25,796 bases of DNA from Candidatus Micrarchaeota archaeon. GTDB lineage: Archaea > B1Sed10-29. Of this stretch, positions 1 through 8,046 are shown piece after piece. The translations under genes were made by a program, and so were the position numbers. Position 1 is the stretch's first letter; every line of letters begins with the position of its first letter. The DNA is taken from positions 1 through 25,796 of the forward strand of contig CAYLXZ010000010.1 in assembly GCA_964388265.1 (NCBI GenBank). Direction: 5' to 3'. The notes below the pieces were generated by a model. The model worked only from the letters and a program-made list of their open reading frames with translations, ran no database searches and was not told where the DNA came from.

Positions 1-2
1 AC

Positions 3-119
3 AGAATACACATAGGAAGAACATACACAGCCTTCTACACAATATTAAGAGAAGAAAAAATCGTCCGAATAGCAGAGATACTACCCATAGACAAAGCCCA
101 TAAAAAATACGGATACTAA
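3..119 (+). CDS. 3' end of a probable RelE/ParE-family toxin (truncated by window start)
   Basis: Manual translation RIHIGRTYTAFYTILREEKIVRIAEILPIDKAHKKYGY*, resembling the C-terminus of archaeal RelE-like toxins; not in the ORF track. Confidence 0.6.
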   Translation, partial: RIHIGRTYTAFYTILREEKIVRIAEILPIDKAHKKYGY

Positions 120-151
120 CCTACCTACTTCCCACAAACATAGTTCTTAAT

Positions 152-227
152 CGCCCTCGCGGGGATTTGAACCCCGGGCAACATCCTCCGCAAGGATGCG
201 TTCTCATCCGGACTGAACTACAAGGGC
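152..227 (-). tRNA. tRNA-Arg(GCG)
   Basis: Cloverleaf: acceptor GCCCTTG/CGAGGGC, anticodon arm CATCC-TT-GCG-GA-GGATG, T-loop TTCAAAT; CCA not encoded. Confidence 0.95.
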
Positions 228-314
228 ATACCAAGATACTGAAATCCAACCAACCTATTTATACACCCGGAGTAAAAAAATACTTAACTAACTAATCCTA
301 AGGAAAGTGATTCT

Positions 315-470
315 ATGATAAGATGCACATCATGCAACAAAGAAGTCACGGACAACTACGTGAAATTCAAATGCCCAGAAGGCGGAGAAACAGAAATAAT
401 AAGATGCGACAAATGCAGACAAAACATAGTAACCTACGAATGCCCAGAATGCGGATTCGAAGGACCATAA
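315..470 (+). CDS. DUF1610/COG2888 zinc-ribbon protein (51 aa)
   Basis: MIRCTSCNKEVTDNYVKFKCPEGGETEIIRCDKCRQNIVTYECPECGFEGP*; typical CGFEGP terminus and the conserved position upstream of aEF-1beta; not in the ORF track. Confidence 0.92.
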   Translation: MIRCTSCNKEVTDNYVKFKCPEGGETEIIRCDKCRQNIVTYECPECGFEGP

Positions 471-491
471 AACAATAAAGGAGATGTAACC

Positions 492-746
492 ATGGGAAAA
501 GTAATGGTAGTATTCAAAATATATCCAGAAGAAGGAAAAGATGCAAAAGACATAATGGATCAACTCGACGGAATGAAAGACATAAAGAGCGCAAAGAAAG
601 AACCAGTAGCATTCGGACTAAACATAGTGAAAGCCGGAGCACTACTCAAAGACGATGACGACCCAGACAGAGTACAAAAAGAACTAGAAGAAGAAATCGA
701 AGGATACAGAAACATAGAACAAGGCGAAGCAACACTAATCTCCTGA
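492..746 (+). CDS. ef1b: Archaeal translation elongation factor 1-beta
   Basis: MGKVMVVFKIYPE...EPVAFGL motif, 84 aa, SD AAGGAG, synteny with DUF1610. Confidence 0.92.
   Translation: MGKVMVVFKIYPEEGKDAKDIMDQLDGMKDIKSAKKEPVAFGLNIVKAGALLKDDDDPDRVQKELEEEIEGYRNIEQGEATLIS
711..742 (+). repeat. 32-bp direct repeat, copy 1 (attL-like), in the aEF-1beta 3' end
   Basis: AACATAGAACAAGGCGAAGCAACACTAATCTC identical to 2249-2280. Confidence 0.95.
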
Positions 747-786
747 ACTCTGGAGATAACCTAACTCTCACCAAAAACCATAAATA

Positions 787-823
787 GTATTGTCCACACA
801 ATAATAGTATGGACAATAAAAAA
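787..823. promoter_or_regulatory. Dyad site 1, overlapping the ATPase start codon
   Basis: TATTGTCCA(788-796)-N13-TGGACAATA(810-818), directly after the TATA-like AAAAACCATAAATAG. Confidence 0.7.
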
Positions 824-2197
824 TTCGTAGATAGAGAAGATGAACTAAAAACACTAGAAGAACTATACAAATCCAGCAAATTCGAATTCATCTCCATAAC
901 CGGTAGAAGAAGAATAGGTAAAACCGAGCTAGCTAAGAAATTTCTAGATAAGAAAAAAGGAATCTACCTCTACATCTCATTAAGCGATGACAAACAACTA
1001 AGACTACACATAGCTAAACAACTTAACCAAAAACTAGAAACAAGCCTAGTAGGAGAACCTACCTGGAGAAAAATAATAGAAGAACTATTCAAATACAGCC
1101 AAGATAAAAAACTATGCGTTGTAATAGATGAATTCCAACGCCTCCTAAACATAAACAAAGCTGTTCCTTCATTACTTCAAGAAGCAATCGATAACTACAA
1201 AAACTCCTCAAATATGCTCCTCTGTATTTCAGGATCCTCCATCGGAATGATGGATAAGATGTTTAACTCCTCGGCTCCACTCTACGGTCGGAGAACAGCA
1301 AAGCTAAATCTAAAGGCATTCGACTACGAAAACGTGAGGAAGTGGCTGGATGAAGACGAGGAAGAAACGATAAAAAAGTACGCGGTCTTCGGAGGCACAC
1401 CAAAATACCTGGAGTTCACGGAAAATATACCTATCCTTGAAAACATAGGTAAAACATTTCTAAGTTCCGATTCACTACTTTACGATGAACCCGAGACCCT
1501 ATTGAGCACAGAGCTAGATTCGCCTGAAGAGTATCTGGATATTCTGAAGCTCATTTCAATGGGGAAGGAAACTCCGAAAGAGATAACTGACCAGCTGGAA
1601 ATAGAAAGAACCTCCCTAGGTTACTACACCAAGAATCTAAGTAAAAACCTGAATTTAATTAGAAAAACTGTTCCGATAACAGAGAAAGTAAATAAAAGTA
1701 GAAAAACCAGATACAAGTTAACTGATAACTTCTTCTGGTTCTGGTTCCGTTTTATATATCCTCAAAGAGACCAATTAGAACTTGGAAATAGAAAAGGAGT
1801 AAAGGAGAATATCAAAAAAGAGTTCAACACCTACGTTGGAAGAGTATTCGAAGATGTAGTCAGAGAAATTCTGAGAAAGAAGAATGGAAAGAATTTGCTG
1901 GACTGGAAACTGAACCAGTACGAGAAAATAGGTCCATGGTGGGGTCGAGAAGGAGAGGAAATCGATCTATGCGGAGTTTCAAAGACAGACACTTTAGTTG
2001 GGGAAGTAAAGTGGAGTGAAGTAGGCAAGCAAAAGGCTAGAAAACTTCTGAATAAACTGGAAGAAAGTAAATTAGAGAAGAAATCCCAGTACACTATAGC
2101 AGCTAAAGAGTTCTCCAAAGAAGCAGAAAATTTCCTAGACCAAAATGGAGTTATACACTTCTCGGTAAAAGACTTTGATAAAATCCTCCAAAGATAG
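809..2197 (+). CDS. COG1672-type archaeal ATPase with wHTH and C-terminal DUF234/PD-(D/E)xK-like nuclease domain
   Basis: FVDREDEL, Walker A GRRRIGKT, Walker B VVIDEFQ, LYGRRT, GGTPKY, DNFFWFWFRF, FE..V, EIDL, GEVKW. Confidence 0.92.
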   Translation: MDNKKFVDREDELKTLEELYKSSKFEFISITGRRRIGKTELAKKFLDKKKGIYLYISLSDDKQLRLHIAKQLNQKLETSLVGEPTWRKIIEELFKYSQDKKLCVVIDEFQRLLNINKAVPSLLQEAIDNYKNSSNMLLCISGSSIGMMDKMFNSSAPLYGRRTAKLNLKAFDYENVRKWLDEDEEETIKKYAVFGGTPKYLEFTENIPILENIGKTFLSSDSLLYDEPETLLSTELDSPEEYLDILKLISMGKETPKEITDQLEIERTSLGYYTKNLSKNLNLIRKTVPITEKVNKSRKTRYKLTDNFFWFWFRFIYPQRDQLELGNRKGVKENIKKEFNTYVGRVFEDVVREILRKKNGKNLLDWKLNQYEKIGPWWGREGEEIDLCGVSKTDTLVGEVKWSEVGKQKARKLLNKLEESKLEKKSQYTIAAKEFSKEAENFLDQNGVIHFSVKDFDKILQR

Positions 2198-2237
2198 TTT
2201 GTATTGTCCAGACAATTATTGGGCAGACAATACAAAA
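2198..2237. promoter_or_regulatory. Dyad site 2, immediately after the ATPase stop
   Basis: TTTGTATTGTC(2198-2208)...GACAATACAAA(2226-2236); 29/37 ungapped identity to site 1. Confidence 0.7.
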
Positions 2238-2248
2238 AGATAGGGTGG

Positions 2249-2280
2249 AACATAGAACAAGGCGAAGCAACACTAATCTC
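2249..2280 (+). repeat. 32-bp direct repeat, copy 2 (attR-like)
   Basis: Identical to 711-742; followed by T-TAA, so it still reads NIEQGEATLIS*. Confidence 0.95.
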
Positions 2281-2686
2281 TTAATTCCTCTTTAATCTCT
2301 TCTATTCTCTTCCAGTGACTGCCCTTCCAGTACCTTTGACTGCAGCTATTACAGATCCAGCTTTCCTCACCAATTTTTTCGAGTTCTCCGTTGCAGTTAG
2401 GGCACCTCGAGTCCTCTGGAAACCTAGGTTCAAGATCTAAACGGTCAAAAACGCCTTTAATCTGCTCTTCAAAATTCTTAGTGTCCAGAAGAACCGTCTT
2501 TACCTCTGTATTCATCTTCTCTATATCGGTGTCCCTTGTAATTATCACTCTACCTTCCCTTTCCGCTTTATCAACCAGCTCCCTGTCGCTTAATTCATCT
2601 GAAGCTATCTTCGTGTCATAACCCATCATACGCATCCATCGCCCGAGTTTACCGAGCATCACATCAACCAAGAACCTCATCCACAA
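2273..2686 (-). CDS. Mut7-C RNase (PIN-like plus zinc ribbon) protein; start may be ATG 2680
   Basis: FLVDVMLGKLGRWMRMMGYDT, IITRD, RCPNCNG...CNSC, YWKGSHW. Confidence 0.9.
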   Translation of the reverse strand: MWMRFLVDVMLGKLGRWMRMMGYDTKIASDELSDRELVDKAEREGRVIITRDTDIEKMNTEVKTVLLDTKNFEEQIKGVFDRLDLEPRFPEDSRCPNCNGELEKIGEESWICNSCSQRYWKGSHWKRIEEIKEELRD

Positions 2687-2727
2687 CCAAGTTTATATAA
2701 ATCATCCTCATTTATTACCATGATACA

Positions 2728-3330
2728 ATGATAGGGAGATTCCTTCTACTAGCCTACACCGTTGGCCCAGCAGCCGCCATACCCTACGCATCCACACATA
2801 TATCAATGCATTGGATATTTCTATCTCTATTCATAGCCTACACCGCTCCACTCCCTCTACTATTCTTCATTCTAGATAGATTCCACTACCCATCCGCAAC
2901 AAAGAAACACTTAATCCACAGAATGATAGGGAAGCCAGTGAAGAAAGTTAAAGACAAGAACCTAATGAACAAGATCTACTGTTCCTTTGAAGGAAAATGG
3001 GGGTACCTAGGACACTACTTCGGTCTAGGTTCGCTCGCGTTCGCCTTTGGTTTCCTATGGGTAGCGATCCTAGCATACGTATTGAAGCTACCGAGAACCA
3101 GAAGCTACCTCGCAATAGGAATCGGAAACATCATAGGACTCATATTCTGGATATTCATAATAGTTCAAACCAAAGGATTTATAAAGCCAAAACGGGTAAT
3201 TATAATAGTACTTCTAGTAACATTCCTACTCTTCCTATACGGAGAAGCAAGAAAGAGGAAAATTCTCAAGAAACTTAAAAACACGAACAAAGAAATCCTA
3301 TCTCGAATCAAAAGCCAAACAACCAACTAA
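2728..3330 (+). CDS. Integral membrane protein, possibly small multidrug export (COG2426)-like
   Basis: Several hydrophobic segments; AIP near the N-terminus, WGYLG and AIGIG patterns. Confidence 0.6.
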   Translation: MIGRFLLLAYTVGPAAAIPYASTHISMHWIFLSLFIAYTAPLPLLFFILDRFHYPSATKKHLIHRMIGKPVKKVKDKNLMNKIYCSFEGKWGYLGHYFGLGSLAFAFGFLWVAILAYVLKLPRTRSYLAIGIGNIIGLIFWIFIIVQTKGFIKPKRVIIIVLLVTFLLFLYGEARKRKILKKLKNTNKEILSRIKSQTTN

Positions 3331-3361
3331 AAAATAAACTAATTATCTCTGAGGTACAAAC

Positions 3362-4273
3362 ATGGAAGAAGAGCCAAAATGCCCGAACTGCGGAGCCAAA
3401 AACACACGTAAAGACTACGAAAAAGGCGAAGTAATCTGCCAAGAATGCGGAACAATACTAGACGACTCAGTACTAGACAAAGGACCGGAATGGAGAGCGT
3501 TCACAACCGAAGAAATGGAAGAAAAACAAAGAACAGGCGGACCCAAAAAATACTCACGCATAGACAAAAACCTATCAACCGAAATAGATCAATTCAACAG
3601 AGACGCAAGAAGCAAGAAACTAAAAAGCGATGTATCCAGACAGATGCGGAAACTAAGAAGATGGCACAAAAAACTAACATACAACGACTCAAAAGCCAGA
3701 AACCTATCAGTAGCACTAAGCCAACTAAACAGAATCGCATCAGCACTATCACTACCCTCAAACATCATAGAACAAACAGCACTACTCTACAGAAAAATCC
3801 TGAACAAAGGACTGGTCAAAGGAAGAGTAATAGAAGAAGTCCTCGTAGCAACACTCTACATAATCTGCAGAAAAAGACAAATACCCAGAACACTACAAGA
3901 ACTAAGCGAAGTAGCAGGATCAGGAGCAAGTGAAAAAGCCATAGGAAGAACCTACAGAATGCTCAAAAACGAACTAGACATAGAAGTACCTCTACCAGAC
4001 CCAATAGAGTTCGTACCAAGATACGGCTCCGAACTAGAGCTCTCAGGAAAAGTACAAGAAAGAGCCAAGAGAATACTGAAAAAATCAAAAGAAAAAAGAC
4101 TAGTATCAGGAAAAGGACCAACAGGAGTAGCCGCAGCAGCACTCTACCTAGCAGCCAAAATAGAAGGAGAAAAAAGAACACAGAAAGAAGTATCAGAAGC
4201 AGCAAACGTCACAGAAGTAACAATAAGAAACAGATACAGAGAACTCAAAGAAAACCTAGACATAGAAGAATAA
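3362..4273 (+). CDS. tfb: Transcription initiation factor TFB
   Basis: Zinc ribbon CPNC/CQEC, B-reader GPEWRAF, two cyclin repeats, VTEVTIRNRY. Confidence 0.98.
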   Translation: MEEEPKCPNCGAKNTRKDYEKGEVICQECGTILDDSVLDKGPEWRAFTTEEMEEKQRTGGPKKYSRIDKNLSTEIDQFNRDARSKKLKSDVSRQMRKLRRWHKKLTYNDSKARNLSVALSQLNRIASALSLPSNIIEQTALLYRKILNKGLVKGRVIEEVLVATLYIICRKRQIPRTLQELSEVAGSGASEKAIGRTYRMLKNELDIEVPLPDPIEFVPRYGSELELSGKVQERAKRILKKSKEKRLVSGKGPTGVAAAALYLAAKIEGEKRTQKEVSEAANVTEVTIRNRYRELKENLDIEE

Positions 4274-4316
4274 CAAAACCCGAATATCTTTATTTTCCCA
4301 GAAAAGAATATAACAC

Positions 4317-6599
4317 ATGATAAAATCTCTTTCTCTCAAAAACTGGAAGAGCCACAAAGACACAGAACTAGACTTCACAGAAGAAACAAACGTCATAGTC
4401 GGAGAAATGGGCTCAGGGAAAACCAGCGCAATAGAAGCAATAAGCTACGGTTTGTTCGGAACATACCCAGCACTCAGATCCAGGAAAATAACCCTAGACG
4501 AAACCATAATGAACAAACCACAGAAAGAAAACCAAGCAGAAGTCAAAGTAGAATTCACAGCAAACCAAGAAACCTACACCGTGGAAAGAAAAATAGAAAG
4601 AGGAAAAACAACCAAAGCACAACTAAGAAAACAAGGAAAACTAATAGAAGGACCCAGCACCCGAAAAGTAACAGATACAATTGAAGAAATACTAGGAATA
4701 AACTACGAGCTATTCTCAAAAGCCGTATACGCCGAACAAAACCGAATGAACTACTTCCTAGAAATACCAAGAGGAAAAAGAAGAGAAAAAATAGATCAAC
4801 TGCTAGAACTGGACAGATGGGAAAACGCCAGAAAAAACCTAACAACAGTAGTAAACATACTAGAAGACAGAAAAAAAGAAAAAAAGAAGCAATCAAAAGA
4901 AACAGAAGAGACAGAGAACATAAAAGACCTAGAAACTAAAGTAAAAAGATTGAAACAAGAGATAAAGAAGAAAAAAAAGAAAAGAAACAAGATCAAGAAG
5001 AAACTGAAATCCATAAAGGAAAAACACCGGAAAGAGAAGAAGAAAAAGAAGAAGCATGAAAAACTCAAACAAGAGATAAATTCACTCAAGAATAAGACCC
5101 AGTACCTTGAAGAAGACCTAGAGCAACTGCCAAAAGCAGAAGACAAGGAAAAAATAAAAAAGAAACTACAAGAACTGAAGAAAAAGAAGAAAAAAGTAAA
5201 AAAGAAAACCAAGAAGAAGAATAAACTGGAAACACAGATAGAAACACTTCAAAAAAACCAGGAAGACCAAGAAAAAGAGATAAAATCCAAGAAAGAGAAG
5301 ATAAAGAAGATAAAACCAGAGGAAAAAGCAGAAAAGAAACTAGAACAAGTGAAAGAAAAGCTAGATGAACTGGAGAGCAAGGTGAAAGAGAACCAGGTGA
5401 AGAAGAACCAGCTAGAGAAAAACATGGAGAAAGAAGAGAAACACCTGGAGAAACTAAAAGCCGAAGAAGCCGAGTGCCCAGTATGCGGATCGGACCTAAC
5501 CGGAGGAAGAAAAGAAAAAGTAGTTCAAGACAAGAAAAAAGACATCAAGGACATAGAGAAAAAGAAACAAAAAAAGGAAAAAAAGATTAAAACACTCCAC
5601 AAAAAGATTAAAGAGAAAGAAAAAAGGAAGAAAGAACTAGAAAAAGAAAAGAAGAAGCTTGAAGAGAAAAAAGAAGAAAAAGAAGACCTGAAAGAACTTC
5701 AGAAAGAACTTAAAGAAACCAAGGAAAAAATAAAGAAACTAAAGAAAAAGAAAAAACAGATAGATATAAAGGAAAACGAAGAAGAGATAGAAAAAGAAAT
5801 AGATGAGACCGAAGAGAAACTAGAATACATAGAGAAATCAAAAAAGAAATCAAAGAAACAGAAAAAACTGAAAAAGAAAAAGAAGCAGAAGAAAGACCTG
5901 GAATTCAGTGAAGAGAAACTAGAAAAACTATACGATGAACTAAAATCCCTAGAAAACAAAGGCAATATACTAAGAGAGAAAGTGAATAGCGACAAAGAAC
6001 TTAAGAAAGAAAAAAACAAGAGACTGAAAGATCTTAAAGAAAAGAAAAAGAAAGCTGAAGAAGCTGAAAAGAAAGCAAAGTACCTAGAAGAACAACTTAA
6101 TTCATTGAAAAACCTCAAAGGATCTTTAAATAGAGTTCAAGATAAACTAAGAGAGAAGTTCACGGAAGAGACCAATATAGCTCTGGATAACGTCTGGAGA
6201 AAGATATACCCCTACGGAAACTACGAAACCCTCAGGCTAGGTGTAGAGGACGGAGACTACATCCTCCAAGCCAAGACCCAAAGCGGAGAATGGATTGACG
6301 TAGAAGGAAGAACCTCAGGAGGAGAAAGAAGCACTGCAGGACTCTGTCTAAGAATAGCTCTTGCACTCGTACTAACAGGAGATCTATCTTGGATCATACT
6401 GGATGAGCCAACCCATAACATGGATGAAAAAGCTATAGAGAACCTATCAGTAGCTCTAGGAAGCTATCTACATGAGATAATCGACCAAGTATTCATAATC
6501 ACACACGAACCAAAACTAAAGAAGGCTTCCTCTGGAACGTTCTACAGGTTCTCTAGAGATAAAGAAGAGAATGAACCCACGAACGTCCTGAGAGAATAA
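4317..6599 (+). CDS. rad50: DNA double-strand break repair ATPase Rad50
   Basis: Walker A GEMGSGKT, Q-loop, coiled coil with central zinc hook CPVCG, signature SGGE, LDEPT, ITH. Confidence 0.92.
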   Translation: MIKSLSLKNWKSHKDTELDFTEETNVIVGEMGSGKTSAIEAISYGLFGTYPALRSRKITLDETIMNKPQKENQAEVKVEFTANQETYTVERKIERGKTTKAQLRKQGKLIEGPSTRKVTDTIEEILGINYELFSKAVYAEQNRMNYFLEIPRGKRREKIDQLLELDRWENARKNLTTVVNILEDRKKEKKKQSKETEETENIKDLETKVKRLKQEIKKKKKKRNKIKKKLKSIKEKHRKEKKKKKKHEKLKQEINSLKNKTQYLEEDLEQLPKAEDKEKIKKKLQELKKKKKKVKKKTKKKNKLETQIETLQKNQEDQEKEIKSKKEKIKKIKPEEKAEKKLEQVKEKLDELESKVKENQVKKNQLEKNMEKEEKHLEKLKAEEAECPVCGSDLTGGRKEKVVQDKKKDIKDIEKKKQKKEKKIKTLHKKIKEKEKRKKELEKEKKKLEEKKEEKEDLKELQKELKETKEKIKKLKKKKKQIDIKENEEEIEKEIDETEEKLEYIEKSKKKSKKQKKLKKKKKQKKDLEFSEEKLEKLYDELKSLENKGNILREKVNSDKELKKEKNKRLKDLKEKKKKAEEAEKKAKYLEEQLNSLKNLKGSLNRVQDKLREKFTEETNIALDNVWRKIYPYGNYETLRLGVEDGDYILQAKTQSGEWIDVEGRTSGGERSTAGLCLRIALALVLTGDLSWIILDEPTHNMDEKAIENLSVALGSYLHEIIDQVFIITHEPKLKKASSGTFYRFSRDKEENEPTNVLRE

Positions 6600-6605
6600 A
6601 TCTAT

Positions 6606-6797
6606 CTAGAGCACTTCTTCTTGGGATAAATCGGTTAAATAGCCTGCTATGATGTTTCTATTAACCTTTGTCAGAGGAAGATCAAGTTCCTTTAACTCTT
6701 CCTTGTTCTCCTGGAAATCTGTAGAGAACCTCTCCGGTAGCTTTTCATAGATCTTCTGAGCTCTTCTTTTAACTATTCTGGTTCTCTGTTTACCCAA
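6606..6797 (-). CDS. rps17e: 30S ribosomal protein S17e (probable TTG start)
   Basis: GKQRT...FSTDFQENK...RNIIAGYLT; GGTGA SD upstream of TTG 6797. Confidence 0.92.
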   Translation of the reverse strand: MGKQRTRIVKRRAQKIYEKLPERFSTDFQENKEELKELDLPLTKVNRNIIAGYLTDLSQEEVL

Positions 6798-7008
6798 TTT
6801 CTTCACCTTGTAGATTTACTACTTCTTCTTCTCCGTTCGGGTATTTCCTGACAACGGATATAGGTAATACTTTTTCTTCAAATTCTTCTTTTGCTATTTC
6901 ATCGGATCTTGTTAGGTTCTTTGTATCTTCCAGTAGGACTGGGGCTCCCATTGATATCTGGAGAGCTCTGGCGGCTATTACTCTTGCTTCTTCGAATCTG
7001 GTTAACAC
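6790..7008 (-). CDS. rpoK: RNA polymerase subunit Rpo6/K (probable GTG start at 7008)
   Basis: LTRFE.AR.IAARALQISMGAP; GGTGA SD upstream of GTG 7008. Confidence 0.95.
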   Translation of the reverse strand: MLTRFEEARVIAARALQISMGAPVLLEDTKNLTRSDEIAKEEFEEKVLPISVVRKYPNGEEEVVNLQGEEIG

Positions 7009-7074
7009 TTTTATCACCGTGGTGGGTATCTATTTTACTCTTAGAGATTTAAAGGGTTTTGGAAAGATAAGGGG

Positions 7075-7347
7075 TTATTTTTCGATGTAGTCTTCGATTA
7101 ATTCGTATGCTCTGTTAACTGATTTCTCTACATCTTGTTCTTTTTCTCCTCCTGTGCAGATCATTTTTCCATTCTTGAATAAGAGGAGTGTTGTTCCAAG
7201 GTCTTTTAGTTTTAGTATTGCTCCTGGGAACTGTTCAGGTTCATATTCAACGTTTTCAACTTCCATCGCGATTCCGTATAGATCTAGCTCGACATCGAGG
7301 TTTGCTGATGCCACTATGTTCTCTATTTTGTAGTCTATTTTAGCCAT
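7075..7347 (-). CDS. Single-repeat TATA-binding protein-like protein (90 aa)
   Basis: IENIVAS, EYEPEQFPG, LLFKNGKMICTG form exactly one TBP repeat; SD AGGTGA; no second repeat. Confidence 0.9.
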   Translation of the reverse strand: MAKIDYKIENIVASANLDVELDLYGIAMEVENVEYEPEQFPGAILKLKDLGTTLLLFKNGKMICTGGEKEQDVEKSVNRAYELIEDYIEK

Positions 7348-7437
7348 GTTTTATCACCTTTTAAAAGTAGTTATTTATATTCCTATATCCGTCCTTTATA
7401 AAGGTTCAATCTTAGGGATTTTAGGCACTACATTTTC

Positions 7438-8046
7438 CTAAAGTTGGGAAAGAGATTCGATTATGTTTCCCTCTAAGTCTGGGTAGAGATCTTCAAGTAT
7501 CTGGAACGGTCTCTTGAGTCCCTTGAAGTTACTTACCATTTTATACGCTTCTTTATAGTGTTTTTCTCCAAATACTTGGGTAGATACTTTTCTGGTGACA
7601 GCGCATACTATAATATGTAGCCTTGTACGCGGCGCTTCATTAGGATAAATTTCTCTGAGGTGCTGGAGAACATCTGTAGTTGCTTCTCTGTTTTGAGTGA
7701 TTATTCTATGAGTTAATTCATGGACCAAAGTCTCGCAGACCAAGGCATACCTGTTGTCAATTTTTACTGTCAGAGGATCAGAAAAACCAGATACCGCTAG
7801 ATGGTTCACGAAGTACACTGGGATAGTTTCTTCTTTCCAATCAAGGCCTGTAGACTCTGATATGAATTTAAGAACAGTTTCTTCCTTTTCATCGGTCCAA
7901 TGCCCCTTCAAATCTTCTATGAAGTCGCTGTAGTTTTGTTCTGCTTCTTTTCTCTCGAAATTTTTTCCTTGAGATTTAGTTAGTTCTCTGTCGTAGGGTT
8001 TTGAGTACCTGAACTCTAACTCTGGCAAGTTATCCATATAATTCAC
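7438..8046 (-). CDS. Hypothetical protein with an HExxH (zincin-like) motif
   Basis: 202-aa ORF, ETLVHELTH; ATGA overlap with the herA stop. Confidence 0.65.
   Translation of the reverse strand: MNYMDNLPELEFRYSKPYDRELTKSQGKNFERKEAEQNYSDFIEDLKGHWTDEKEETVLKFISESTGLDWKEETIPVYFVNHLAVSGFSDPLTVKIDNRYALVCETLVHELTHRIITQNREATTDVLQHLREIYPNEAPRTRLHIIVCAVTRKVSTQVFGEKHYKEAYKMVSNFKGLKRPFQILEDLYPDLEGNIIESLSQL

Larger units (their letters stand above)
743..2248. mobile_element. Single-gene islet bounded by the 32-bp duplication
   Basis: Direct repeats on both sides; the cargo gene uses more T/G-ending codons than the core genes (judged by eye); no integrase inside. Confidence 0.7.
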
